Below, piece by piece: positions 1 to 12,924 of a DNA stretch of 64,000 nucleotides. Origin of the DNA: Octopus vulgaris (lineage: Eukaryota); contig OX597814.1 of assembly GCA_951406725.2 (NCBI GenBank), forward strand, positions 110,174,001-110,238,000, written 5' to 3'. The notes under the pieces were generated by a model, which saw only the letters and a list, made by a program, of their open reading frames with translations, was not told the DNA's origin and did not search any database. The translations under genes and the position numbers were made by a program. Every line of letters begins with the position of its first letter. The stretch's first letter is position 1.

Positions 1-42
1 GTAGACAGAAACTGAAAGAAGCTCATCATATATATATATATA

Positions 43-102
<60 letters not shown>

Positions 103-256
103 TTGTGTGTCTGTCCCTCCAACCATTGCTTGACAACCAGTGCTGGTGGGTTTACATCCCTATAGCTTAGCGTTTCAAAGAACAAGTCCTGGGGTCCATT
201 TCTTTGACTAAAGGCGGTGCTCCATCAAGGCCAGTCAAATGACTGAAACAAGTAAA
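1..256 (+). mobile_element. SINE family A (tRNA-derived, CORE-like), 3' part cut by window start
   Basis: GTAGACAGAAACTGAAAGAAGC-(TA)n-CTTGACAACC...GGCGGTGCTCCA..CAGTCAAATGACTGAAACAAG matches full copies at 10293-10694, 21491-21873 and 44872-45283. Confidence 0.85.
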
Positions 257-654
257 ACCAAAAAAAGGAAAATAAGGTGTCTGTAGTGCTACAGTTTCTT
301 CGAGATAAAGCAATAAATTTCTTGACAATTCTATGTTTTTTTGTAAATTGTTTATCATTTTGTTGTTAAGGTTTAATAAATCTTGGTAAATTGAATAGTT
401 TTTGTTTTTTTTGTGACTGGAAACAAAATGAGGTTTTGACAGACAAGAGTTTTTTGTATGTCTGTGTACAGGCATTGGTATCTTCAAGTGCAATATGCTA
501 ATGACAATGATGATGATGGTGGTGGTGATGATGGCAGTGGTGGTGGTTGTGTTGGTAGTAGTTAGTGATGGTGGTGGTGGTTATGGGGATGAAGATGGTA
601 ATGATAATAGTTATGATGGCATTTCTGGCAGTGATGGTGGTGAGGAGACCTATT

Positions 655-1024
655 GAATCAAGTACATCAAAATCAAAATAAATATCAAATGGAAATTGTA
701 GTTGCGATACCTGTGCCTGTGGCATGTAAAAAGCACCATCTGAATGTGGCCGATGCCAGCGCCGCCTTGACTGGCTTCTGTGCCGGTGGCACGTAAAAAG
801 CACCAACTGATCGTGGCTGTTGCCAGTCTCCCCTGTGCCAGTGGCAGGTAAAAAGCACCCACTACACTCACGGAGTGTTTGGCATTAGGAAGGGCACCCA
901 GCTGTAGAAACTCTGCCAGATCAGACTGGAGCCTGGTGCAGCCTCCTGACTTCCCAGACCCCGGTCGAACCGTCCAACCCGTGCTAGCATGGAAAACGGA
1001 CGTTAAACAATGAGGATGATGATG
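655..1024 (+). mobile_element. RTE-clade LINE 3' UTR fragment (family C) with (GAT)n tail
   Basis: Repeated GTGCCNGTGGCACGTAAAAAGCACC units, then GGCATTAGGAAGGGCA..CCAACCCGTGCTAGCATGGAAAACGGACGTTAAAC and (GAT)n; the same 3' end is attached to RTE coding sequence at 5156-5930. Confidence 0.85.
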
Positions 1025-1646
1025 TTACGAAGATGGTGGGATATCCATGTTAGTAGTAGCAGTACCACTTCTGTACGTATCTATCCTTTATTTATCCATC
1101 CTGTGCCTATCTATTGTATATTTTAGATGGTTAATAAATATCACAACAACCATTCCAGTATCTTTACACAATATTTCAGTGAAAGTGTTGGCAATTAGTG
1201 GCAGAACATATTACTAATTGATATTTCTGTCTCTCGTTCACTCATTTATATAACAACCAGCTCCCATAAAGCACTTGTGAATTATATTTTATCATTTCCT
1301 GACTGATTTCCTGATAATTATTCCCAGTTTTCAAGTTTGTTATATAATAAAAGCAGCCATTAATCTCTATTTACAACTATGAACAGTTCGTTTCAGATTC
1401 TCACGAAACAGTTCTCTCGGTGTTGTTTCTCATTCACAATAATTTTGCTATGTTACTGAGTACAAACCGAACGCCATTTATGGAGAGCCTGAGTGAAGTA
1501 AATACTTTTTTTAATTACTTCGTTAAAAATAATTAGATCTTGTTATGAAATAAGGTTTTAAATTTCGAGGAAGGTCATAAATAAATTGACGTTATTTTCA
1601 TTTGTTTTCATAATGCTTGGCAACATGGAAATATTCACAGATTTAA

Positions 1647-1847
1647 CCCTTTTGATACGAACCTACATGAGACTGCTCTTGGTTCTCTGATAGAAACCCC
1701 ACCGTCATCTAAATTAAAACCTTCAACCAAAATTCCTTGTTAATTAATGCTCTAAACACCAGCTTAACAATAGTAACTTCACTAAATTAATTAAAACAAA
1801 TGCAGTAGAAATATGTAGAATTGCATAGAAATATGATAACAAAAGTG
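1647..1847 (+). mobile_element. piggyBac-type MITE (family E)
   Basis: TTAA|CCCTTTTGATAC...ATAACAAAAGTG|TTAA; body resembles 45337-45557. Confidence 0.7.
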
Positions 1848-1974
1848 TTAAAGCGATAAAAATTAAAACCTTCCATCAAAATTCTGTATTAAATTATGCT
1901 CCAAACACCATCTTACTTCATTTCTACCTGCCTTAGAAGGTTGGGGCATTGTCCTTCCTACTCTAACCAAAACA

Positions 1975-2342
1975 TCATCATTATTTTAACATCCATTTTC
2001 CCATGACTGCATGGGTTGCTCATTGTAGGATGCTCTTCCTGTTACTCACACCTTTCCTGACAAGTTAATTTTTCCCCATGGTTGGGCATGTTTTCACAGA
2101 AGACTGGAAACAAACAACACTGCTTGTATAACAGTGATGCTCGTTTACAGCTACAGCATGACATTGAGACAAAGAAACAAACACACATCGACAAACTTTT
2201 TTCCAGATTCTATTTACCAAATCTACTCACAAGGCCTTGGTTGGCCTAGGGTTATATAGTAGAAGACAGTTGTCTAAGGTGCTGCACAGTGGGACTGACC
2301 CAAGATCATATGGTTAGGAAGTAAACTTCTTAACCAACAGCA
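1975..2342 (-). mobile_element. SINE with family A head and RTE-type tail (family A2)
   Basis: Right part is the family A tRNA/CORE head on the minus strand; left end reads (minus) CCCATGCAGTCATGGGAAAATGGATGTTAAAATAATGATGATG, like the RTE tail. Confidence 0.7.
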
Positions 2343-2925
2343 CCCTCCCCCAAAGGTTGAAGGAGGAGATAACTGAGAAGGGGGATACAACATTGAACTA
2401 TTCCCTCAATGGTCATCAATTCAAATTTCACATTACCTGACTGGTCAGTGCTGTTGGCTAAAGATACCAGGTTATCTAGAAAAGCTAGCCACAGTGTTGC
2501 CTGATATTGTACCCAGGGTCATATTATTTATCTTATACCTGCTGAAGACCATAAATCCAGAAACAAATACTTTTCTTTTGGTTTTCTTTTTTTTTTTAAA
2601 AAGAAGCCTTACAATGAACCTGGTCTACCAACTTATTAGAAACAGCAGCCAAATTAGCTTCACACCATCATATCATCATCATCAATCTGTCATGTCTGGT
2701 TTCCATGCAGACATGAGCTGGTTGGTTCAACAAGACCCCAAAAGGTCAGAGCACATGTCTTGCTCCAATGTCACTTCCATGTATCTTTAAAAAAAAAGGA
2801 GGGGTTCCACAAGATACTCGTCTTGCCTTAAAATAAGGCGAGATGGTCATGGGTTGAATACTATTGATCATAGGTTTGTTCAGATAAGGCTGACCTTGGG
2901 TTTAAACAACAACAACAGCAACAGT

Positions 2926-3125
2926 GGAGGCGCAATGGCCCAGTGGTTAGGGCAACGGACTCGTGGTCGTAAGAATGCCCTTTCGATTCCCAGACCAGGT
3001 ATTGTGAGTATTTATTGAGCAAAAGCACCTAAGCTCCATGAGGTTCCAGTGGTGGTGGTGGGGTGGGGGGGAACCCTGCTGTACTCTTTCACCACAACTT
3101 TCTCTCACTCTTTCTTCCTACTTCT
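2926..3125 (+). mobile_element. tRNA-derived SINE family G, 5' part
   Basis: A-box TGGCCCAGTGG, B-box-like TTTCGATTCC; homologous to the minus-strand copy at 25510-25810. Confidence 0.75.
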
Positions 3126-3706
3126 GCCACAAAGCAGAGGAACCATGGTGTAACCCACTATGGTGTGGTAAACTTTCAGACCTTAGTCTAAATTGCGAAT
3201 CCTCTGTACCCTAGGATGGTTCAGCTCTCCACCTGTTAAAAGCCACCATTTATGGAATGAGGATAACAACATAGCTTTTGCGCCCGTGTAACTGCCAGTC
3301 TATCGCGTGTGGTGGGTGGATCTTCAAGTTGCCACACACATTCTTAGTAGCTTAGAGTAGGCTCTAATTAGAGATTATTCTTTGTGGCTAATGGCGTGAG
3401 TCCTGATTGGAAGAAGGAGAAGAAAACAGCAATAAACCTTCAGAATGCCTTCTAAAAACAAGCTATTATACAATAGTTTCAAATTATATTTATCTTTGTA
3501 GGGTGTATATTTCTAGATATACAAGCTTTGTATTCTGTGTGCACAGCTGTTCCATATGCTCTGCACATTTGCTACACATGCACACTCTCATGCATATGCA
3601 ATGGGCGTCTTTCACTCACAAGGCTTTGGTTGACGCAGAGCTGTAGAATAAGTCAGACCAAGCATAAAACTAAATAGTAGGAAAGCAGTATACATGTGTG
3701 TGTGCA

Positions 3707-4107
3707 AGGCAGTAAGCTGGTAGAAGCGTTAGCATGCCGGGTGAAATGCTTAGCTGTATTTCGTCTGCCGTTACGTTCTGAGTTCAAATTCCACTGAGGT
3801 CAGCTTTACCTTTCATCCTTTCGGGGTCGATTGAATAAGTACCAGTTATGCACTGGGGTCGATATAATCGGCTTAATCTGTTTGTCTTTGTTTGTCCCTT
3901 CTATGTTTAGCCCTTTGTGGGTAGTAAAGAAATAGGTATTTCATTTGTTTTTACGTTCTGTGTTGTAATTCCTCTGAGATCGACTTTGCCTTTCATCCTT
4001 TTGGGGTTGATAAATTAAGTACCGGTTGTGTACTGGAATTGATCTAATCAACTGGCCCCTTCACCCAAAATTTCAGGCCTTGTGCCTAGAGTAGAAAAGA
4101 ATATTAT
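3707..4107 (+). mobile_element. SINE family B, dimeric form (head-body-tail1-body-tail2)
   Basis: AGCTGGTAGAA head, GAGTTCAAATTCC B-box, central CTTT(A/G)CCTTTCATCCTTT(C/T)GGGGT(C/T)GAT..AAGTACC block present twice. Confidence 0.85.
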
Positions 4108-4116
4108 TTGAGAATA

Positions 4117-4450
4117 AGGTGGTGAGCTGGCAGAAATGTTAGCATGCACGAAGCGGGTTGCCCGCCGCAGTGGCGACGGCGACGACCTGAAAGGCACCTG
4201 GGATGCCAAGTCCAACGCCAACTCTACAGCCCCGTACCGGTCCACCGCTTCGCGTGAAGACGTGTTCCGACGCTGAGTGAGCGGTATTTCATCTTTCTTT
4301 ACATTCTGAGTTCAAATTCTGCCGAGGTTGACTTGCCTTTCATCATTTCGGGGTCGATAAATTAAGTACCAGTTGTGTACTGGGGTCGATCTAACTGACT
4401 GGCCACCTCCCCCCAAATTTCGGGCTTTGTACCTAGAGTAGAAAAGAATA
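4117..4450 (+). mobile_element. SINE family B copy interrupted by a GC-rich insert
   Basis: Head stops at GTTAGCATGC (4147) and resumes at AGCGGTATTTC (4280). Confidence 0.85.
4148..4279 (+). other. 132-bp GC-rich, coding-like insert of unknown origin
   Basis: 86 of 132 bases are G+C, CpG-rich; open frame TKRVARRSGDGDDLKGTWDAKSNANSTAPYRSTASREDVFRR then TGA at 4274-4276. Confidence 0.8.
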
Positions 4451-4785
4451 TATATGTGCATACATGTGTGTGTATATGTGTGTCTGTATGATTGGCTTCT
4501 TCCAGTTTCTGTCTATTATATCCACTCACAAGGCTGTAGTAATTGGCATGGGGCTACAGTAGAGAAAGTTACTCAAAGTGCCACACTCTAGGATTGAACC
4601 TGGAACTGTGTGGTTGTGAAACAAACCTCTTAACCACACGACCATTCTTACAGTGTACCATATTTTAGAATAAACATCTTTTTACCTTAAATGCGTATAT
4701 GTATGTATAAAGACTCTGTGTGTGTGTATGCTTGGGCACAGCTGTTCTATACATGCATACAACCCACACATACTTGCACATGCTC

Positions 4786-4818
<33 letters not shown>

Positions 4819-5155
4819 TCACTGTTCCCATGTGGTTAGCATCTTTTTCAGAATTTCAAGATAGCTAGTGAGTGGTGGTGGTGGTGGTGGGTCAGTGATT
4901 GATTGATGAGCTGACAAGACTGAAGACTATTGTTTGTGATTAATGAAGTTAGTTAATCATCGGTTCTGGATAAGTGTATAATAATGGTAATGTTGGCTCT
5001 GTCAGGCATTTCTTGAATAACAAAACTTTTTTTCTTACTGGATCCAGAAGCCATTATGAGAGGTTTAAAGTGTTTTGTATTCTTTGATGATAATGTTGGG
5101 AATAGGTGAAGTTCTTTAAGCTTTATTTCAAATGTGTGTTTGCATACATATACAT

Positions 5156-5930
5156 ACATCATCATCATCATCGTTTAACATCTGCTTTCCATGCTAGCAT
5201 GGGTTGGACAGTTTAACTGAGGTCTGGAGAGCCATCAGCTGCACCAGGCTCCGATCTGATCTGGCAATGTTTCTACAACTGGATGCCCTTCCTAACATCA
5301 ATCACTCTGAGATTGTAATGGGTGCTTTTTACATGTCACTGGCACAGGAGCCAGTCAGGGGCCCTGGCATCGAACACGTTCAGATAGTGCTTTTTACATG
5401 CCACCAGCATGGGAGCCAGTTAGGCAGTACTGGCATTGATTATGTTCGGATGATGCATTTTACATGCCACTGGAACCGGAGTCAGTCAGTGGGCACTGGC
5501 CACAGCTACAATTTTGGTTTTACTTGACTCAACAGGTCTTAAGCATATCCTTACACTCAATGCAACAAGGGTACTTTTAAATGGGCCAGATGGGCAACAC
5601 TAGCATTGGCCATGGCTGCAATCTCACTTTAGTTGCCGGGTCTTCTCAATCACAGCATATCTCCAAAGGTCTTGGTTTCCTGTCATTGCCTCTGTGAGGC
5701 CCAATGTTCGAAGGTCATGCTTCACCCAATCATCCCATGTCTTCCTTGGTCTACCTCTTCCACAGGTTCCTTCCATAGTTAAGGTGTAGCACTTCCTCAC
5801 ACAGCTGTCCTCATCCATACGGAGCACATGACCATACCAGTGCAGTCATCTTGCACATGTCCAACTTTTCTCTCAGGGCACTCACACTCTGCCGTGTTTG
5901 CACACTGACATTACACATCCAGCAGATCAT
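5156..5930 (-). mobile_element. 5'-truncated RTE-clade LINE (C-terminal ORF remnant plus 3' UTR)
   Basis: WYGHVLRMDEDSCVRKC..EGTCGRGRPRKTW..VKHDL..LGL......DLWR is the typical RTE ORF C-terminus; followed by family C 3' UTR and (GAT)n. Confidence 0.9.
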
Positions 5931-6061
5931 GCCATACATATATACATAAATGTGAATCTGGTAAAGTGTATTCCTGTATTTTAAAATCTAATTAAATTCT
6001 AATATATTCCCTATGCATTTTCATCTTCGTTTCTTTTATTCCTCTGTTTGCATTAATAGTT

Positions 6062-6111
<50 letters not shown>

Positions 6112-6893
6112 ATATGTAGTGTGTCTATGTACATTGTATAAGTGTGTATGTATAGATATGGATATGTAGTGTGTCTATGTACATTGTATAAGCGTGTATG
6201 TATAGGTATACATATGTGTGTATAGCTATGTGCATACATGTTTATGTGTGTTTATACTGGATGCGTGTGTGTGTGTGATCATCATTTTACATCCCTTTTT
6301 CCCCATGCTGGCACAAAGCCACCTCCCTCAATATTACTCTCACCTCCCAGTTGGAAGAGTCTTTTCTTGCAAGTTACCTGGTGACCCTGTTGGTGCTGGT
6401 GCCACATAAAAAGCACCCAGTACACTCTGTAAAGTGGTTGGCATTAGGAAGGGCAACCAGCCATAGAAACCATACCAAACAGACAATTGGTGCCTGGTGT
6501 AGCACTCTTGCTTGCTAGCGCCTGTCAAACCGTCCAACAGATGCCAGCACGGATAATGGATACTCTTTTACTCTTTTTTTACTCTTTTACTTGTTTCAGT
6601 CATTTGACTGCGGCCATGCTGGAGCACCGCCCTTTCATTACCAACCTGGCTGAAACTGCCTCTGACTCAGTAGCACAAATGTCTTGTTTTCATAAGTTCT
6701 GAATTAAAATCTTCCACCAAACCTTAGTCGCAATTGATGTTCCTAACACTAGCTTAATGATAACCAAGTTATTTTACTAAATTCTATTTTAAATAATTGA
6801 GAGAGAAACAGAGCATCTCAAAATAAATACAGTAATGAAAAGGCTAAATGATGATGATGATGATAGCTGGCTGGATGTATGCATGCATGCATT

Positions 6894-6931
<38 letters not shown>

Positions 6932-7076
6932 TATATATACAAAAGCAGCAGAAATATAACAAAAGCTCTTACTCAGAGTTTCATATTCCCATTCGTCGGA
7001 CAGTTCTGTTAAAGCATATTACTCTACCTCTGGTTTTGAGTACTTTTTTTCCACCTTGTTTCACATTTATGTGCTT

Positions 7077-7121
<45 letters not shown>

Positions 7122-7352
7122 ATCCAGGGATCGAGGTGTAGGAAGGAAATTAGCTTTAAGCAAACCGTAGTAAACATAAAAAGCAACTTTCAGGGACAAT
7201 AGCGGTTTATTGAGATGAAAGGTTGTGGATTTTTTTCCGCATTGAAGGACAATAAGCTGAAAAAAATTATTTTATATTTCAGTTGGCAACCAGGGTTTCC
7301 AGGTATGCGAATTGATATCTTTGAGTTAAGGAATGGAGTAGATAAGATCTGG

Positions 7353-7434
7353 GCTACATATGTTTCATAGCAAGTGGAACCTCAGAAGTGGTAAATATCC
7401 AAGCGAGGTGTATACTGCAGGCTACTCATCAGGC
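7353..7434 (-). ncRNA. Type I hammerhead ribozyme motif, intact core, long stem II
   Basis: Minus strand: CTGATGA GTAGC..ACCTC..GAGGT..GCTAT GAAAC ATAT GTA; palindromic stem III ACATATGT; stem I weak (2 bp). Confidence 0.7.
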
Positions 7435-7637
7435 TAAGGATGTCTTGATTAAATGAAAGTTTACATTGTCACAAGGAAGATTCAATCAGAATGTAGCAAC
7501 AGATTCTGATTGAATCTTTTAGGATTGTAAAACCTGACGCCATATAACAAAACCATTTGCACTGAAAGCATATAGAAGGCTTGTTTACAAAAACAACTAT
7601 GAACTAATATAGTTCTTAAATTTGACAGAAACAGGGA

Positions 7638-7718
7638 GGCTAATTTGCTGGTGTAATGGTAACACACTTAGTCGCGTAAACAAAGGGATGTGGGTTTGAG
7701 TCCCATGCGGATAGGAAA
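7638..7718 (+). repeat. Degenerate tRNA-like sequence (repeat-derived)
   Basis: TGGTGTAATGGTAACAC D-arm/A-box and GTGGGTTTGAGTCCCAT T-arm/B-box; no good acceptor stem. Confidence 0.5.
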
Positions 7719-8067
7719 GCCTACTTTTTTCTGTCGAGGGCTTATATGCCCCATTATATATATATATTATCATCGTTTAACATCCATTTTCCATGCTAGT
7801 ATGGGTTGCATAGTTCGACTGAGGTCTGGGAAGCCAGAAGGTTGCACCAGGCTCCAGTCTGATCTGGCAGAGTTTCTACAGCTGGATACCCTTCCTAATG
7901 CCAACCATTCCGTGAGTGTTGTGGGTGCTTTTTACATACCACACACACACATATAATATATATATACATATACATACATACATACATACATATATATATA
8001 TATAAATTCAAAAATAATACCCTTGTTTTAACACCAGGTGACCTAGCACAACAAAACCAGGGAGACA

Positions 8068-8165
8068 ATATACTCATCCGTAAATATAAGAGAGTTTACC
8101 TAGATAGGTTAACTCTAGCACTAGAGTTAACCTATCTAGGTAAACTCTCTTATATTTACGGATGA

Positions 8166-8171
<6 letters not shown>
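8068..8171. repeat. Perfect palindrome, 51-bp arms with 2-nt spacer
   Basis: 8068-8118 is the exact reverse complement of 8121-8171. Confidence 0.95.
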
Positions 8172-8205
<34 letters not shown>

Positions 8206-8804
8206 GCATGTATATGAAGGAGAGAGAGAGATATGCCTGAAAGAAACCTCGATGACTCCTTCTTTTGTTGTTATCTCCACAAGAAGCACCAAAACAGGAG
8301 CCACATTATTTGTAGATGTGATACTTGAAGCTTTAAAATAATTGTTGTTATTTCATTGTTGTTTCATTGTTATATTTATCCAGATTTGTAGATCAGATGA
8401 CCGACTGTTATGGGGTAAAAAAAAAAAAGATATTGAAGTAAAATTCACATAAACTACAAACCAAATACATAAAAATGTAAATTTTGTAGAAAATAAAGCT
8501 AAACAATTGACTGTTTGGGTGTCGGCTTTATATATATGTGTGTATGTATACACACATATATAAGCTTATAAGTGAAGCATTTTGTTTAGGAAAGTGTTAC
8601 TGAGGTGGGTGAGGGTAAGAGTTGTTGAAAAGGGAGAGCAAGAGAGGTAGAAATATGTGTGTCTGTCTGTCTGTCTGTCTAACATTTGAATATTTGTTTT
8701 AATAAAATACCTTTTTTCACGTATGTGGGTGTGTAAATAATATATATAATGGGTATGAATCTGTACATTCACGTGTGTGTGTGCACAAATAAGTATATAT
8801 ATAT

Positions 8805-8985
8805 AGGGAGAATTCACAAAAAAACAAAAGACGAAGACAGGTGTTGTGGACAACAAAAAGATGTATTAGTATAACGCTCGGGAAGTGAAAAAGTCTTTAA
8901 CGTTTCGAGCCTATGCTCTTCCACAGAAAGGAACAAGGAGAGAAAATAAAAAATGTGTAGTGGTTAGCGATCTATTATGGCGAAG
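8805..8985 (-). mobile_element. Penelope-like terminal repeat fragment with hammerhead variant (8895-8930)
   Basis: CTTT CTGTGGA A GAGC ATAG GCTC GAAAC GTT AAAG; homologues near 29000-29120, 35090-35240 and 45745-45930. Confidence 0.7.
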
Positions 8986-9172
8986 TATATATATAATGAT
9001 GATGATGTGTGTGTGTGTATATATGTATGTAATGATGATGATGTGTGTATATATATATATATAATGTTAAATATATATATGATGATAGATATGATATATA
9101 TGTATATATATGTATATATATATATATGTATATATATGTATGTATATATATATGTATATATATGTATGTATG

Positions 9173-9585
<413 letters not shown>

Positions 9586-10292
9586 ATAGATATATGATAT
9601 ATATGTGTATACATATATATATATATATATATAAACTGTGTTTTGTTATATAAAAAGAACATTCGGGCAGCAAGTCTGGTAGTGACATGTTCTTGGTATG
9701 ATTTCACTGCTGCGCTGACTGAAGTGTTGATCTCAGCAATATTTCAAGATATTTTGCTGATAGATACTGACAGTTGAGCAGGGAGGGGGGGGGGGGACAA
9801 AAAGAAACTATCGACAGAAACAGAAACAAGAAAAAAAAGTCCCAAATGGCTAGGTAAATGTTGGTCTAATCTCTTTTTCTCTTAAATATTATGGCTCAGT
9901 AAGTCAGGAATATTTTCAGCCGATGTGGATTATGTTGGTTTAAAATAGTTTATTACATTCTATTGTTTTGTGTTTTAGAACATGATCAAGTTTTTGTGAA
10001 TTCTGGGTGGTAGGGACAGTTGTAAAGAAAAATATAAGGGAAAGCATATGTTTTTTGTACAGTGAAGTGCATATTTAATTCTAGTAGCTTCTGGTTGATT
10101 CTAAAAGGAATTTGCTTATCACTGTTGCATTTTGTCTGTGGAGGATAACTTCTCTTTTCTGATGATGTGTGTTCATAACACACTCAATTCATTGATGTAA
10201 GGGGACTTTGGGACACTGTGATGTTTTGACCTGGTTTTGTCTCTTCATTTAAAGCTACCCCTGGATCAATAGATCTAAACATGAATAGTGGT

Positions 10293-10694
10293 ACTTACTC
10301 TTTTACTTGTTTCAGTCATTTGACTGTGACCATGCTGGAGCACTGCCTTTTGTTGAGCAAATTGACCCCAGGACTTATTCTTTGTAAGCCTAGTACTTAT
10401 TCTAACGGTCTCTTTTGCCAAACTGCTAAGTTACGGGGACGTAAACATACCAGCATGGGTTGTCAAGCGATGTTGGGGGGGACAAACACAGACACACAAA
10501 CGCACACACACACATACAGATATATATATACAACAGGCTTCTTTCAGTTTCCCTCTACCAAATCCATTCACAAGGCTTTGGTCAGCCCGAAGCTATAGTA
10601 GAAGACACTTGCCCAAGGTGCCACGCAGTAGGAATGAACCCAGAACCATGTGGTGGTAAGCAAGCTATTTACTACACAGCCACTCCTATGCCTA
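10293..10694 (-). mobile_element. SINE family A, full length
   Basis: tRNA-like head, GCACCTTGGGCAAGTGTCTT (resembles CORE consensus GTGACCTTGGGCAAGTCACTT), internal microsatellite, CAGTCAAATGACTG stem-loop tail. Confidence 0.9.
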
Positions 10695-11351
10695 TAGTTA
10701 CCACACAGCCACTCCTACGTCTATGTTTATAGAAATCAACTAAAAGTCATTTGCTGATGTCTACCAAACTAATAATTCTGTCTACTATAGGCACAAGGCC
10801 TGAAATTTGGGCCTGAAAGGACGAAAGGCAAAGTTGACCTCAGCGGAATTTGAACTCAGAATGTAGCACCAGACAAAATACTGCTAAGCATTTCTCCCGG
10901 TGTGCTAACGATTCTGCCAGCCTGCCACCTTGTCTACCAAACTAATAATAAATGGTCATGTGTACAAAGAATGGCAGAAATCAAGCCAAAGATGTACGTA
11001 TTCAATTTTTTATATGTTCTGGCAGATTTGAACATGTGTGTGCTAATCACTGTATTTTGTCTTCAAAGATCAACTTCTCCTTTTTACACAATGTGTGCTC
11101 ACAACGCATTCAGTTCATTGAGGCAAGGCCTCATACTCAGAATCATTTTAATTTTCTATGGTCTCTGAGTTCAAATTCTACCAAGATCGACTTTGCCTTT
11201 CATCCTTTTGGGGATCGATAAATTAAGTACCAGTTGCATACTGAGGTCAATCTAATTGACTGTCCCCCACCCAAAATTTCAGGCCTTGTGCCTAGAGTAG
11301 AAAAGGATTTTCCATGGTCTCTTTGTGCACAGCCATTTAATATTGGTTTGG

Positions 11352-11610
11352 CTCATGGCCCAGTGGTTAGGGTATTCGGCTCATGATCGTAAGGTTGTAA
11401 CTTCAATACCTAGCAGAGCATTGTGTCCTTGAGCAAGACACTTTATTTCACATTGTTTCATCCACTCAGCTGGCAAATATGAATTGTACCTGTATTTCAA
11501 AGGGCCAGCATTGTCACATTCCATGTCACACGGAATCTCCCTGAAAATTATGTCTAGGGTACGCATGGCTGTTGAGCGCTCAGCCACTTGCACATTAATT
11601 TCATGAGCCG
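11352..11610 (+). mobile_element. tRNA-derived SINE family H
   Basis: TGGCCCAGTGGTTAGGG head and GTGTCCTTGAGCAAGACACTT block; related copies near 17848-18120, 41750-41890(-), 50129-50690 and 57420-57540(-). Confidence 0.75.
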
Positions 11611-12879
11611 CTACATTCTGAGTTCAAATTCCGCTGATTTCAACTTTGCCTTTCATCCTTTCAGGGTCAATAAATTGAGTACCAGTTGAGTCCTGGGGTC
11701 GATGTAATCCGACCTTGGCGGAATTTGAACTTAGAACATAACGGCAGACGAAATACTGCAAAGCATTTTGCCTGGTGTGCTAATGATTCTGCCAGCTTGC
11801 CACCCTACCCTTATATAATGCAGAGTACCCATGTCTCTTCTACAGTGAGACACATGTTCATGTACCTCAGTTATACTTTGGCCTTTCAGCACCTAGCATA
11901 AAGACACCTTCCTCTCTATTACATCCCCACTCAGGCAAGGATCTTTCTCCTTGTCTTCCAAGTTATGTGGTAACCTCTTTACTGCTGGTTCCACACAAAA
12001 AGCTCCCAGCACACGACGTGGTTGGAATTAGGAAGGGCATCCAACCATGGAAACCATTCCAAAGCATGTTTTCCATAACAGAAATTCAGGTGGTGAATAA
12101 GTAATTGTGATTTCCAGTGTGGCAAAACGCCAAAGAAATGCAAAAATCACTGGTTTAACATCTCCACCGGCCATTTTCGTGTCAAAATGAAATTTTTTAA
12201 GCACACGAGCACCGAAAGACATACAAAAAAAAAAACAAAAGCCAACCAAAATGTCTTTGTGTCATGTTGATTTGCTAATGATGTCATTTTAGTAAGTGAG
12301 AAACATCTCAAGCCTTCATTAATTACCTGCTTAACAAACAATTATTGGAGACTCAGCCAGTCTAATTTAATCTTTTGCTACAGGACAGCAGCATTAACTC
12401 AGTTTTCAGCCTTCTTTTGGTGTTTTCTTGGACATGGTGTGTATGTGTGCATGTAACTATGTGTGTTTGTGTGGATGTATATATATGTGTGTGTGTTTAT
12501 ATATATATATATACACATACATACATGCCATATATACACATATGCTTATACATGCAAGTATATGTGCTGTTCTAAGTACTGCTGTATGAATGCTCCTTTA
12601 CAGCCTCTCCTCCCCCTGCTCCTCTTGCAGTAATTTTCACTTGTTTACTCTAATGCAATGTACAGCTTGTCAGTTTAGTATTTCTACCTTTTTTACTCTG
12701 TTTCACATTCACTTTAATACTATACAGGAGTGGCTGTGTGGTAAGTAGCTTGCTTACCAACCACATGGTTCCGAGTTCAGTCCCACTGTGTGGCACCTTG
12801 GGCAAATGTCTTCTACTATAACCCTGGGCTGACTAAACCTTGTGAGTGGATTTGGTAGATGGAAACTAAAAGAAGCCCG

Positions 12880-12914
<35 letters not shown>

Positions 12915-12924
<10 letters not shown>

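Noticed and set aside
498-650. His/Thr-rich ORFs (also 14184-14498)
   Set aside because: Degenerate (GGT/GAT)n trinucleotide tracts
1397-1537. Plus-strand open frame after TTTCAG (also similar cases at 12118 and 49343)
   Set aside because: Weak polypyrimidine tracts or no consensus donor, and no recognisable protein
2926-2998. Possible tRNA genes here and at 7638, 11352, 17850 and 27541
   Set aside because: A and B boxes are present but there is no complete cloverleaf or acceptor stem, and most run directly into repeat bodies
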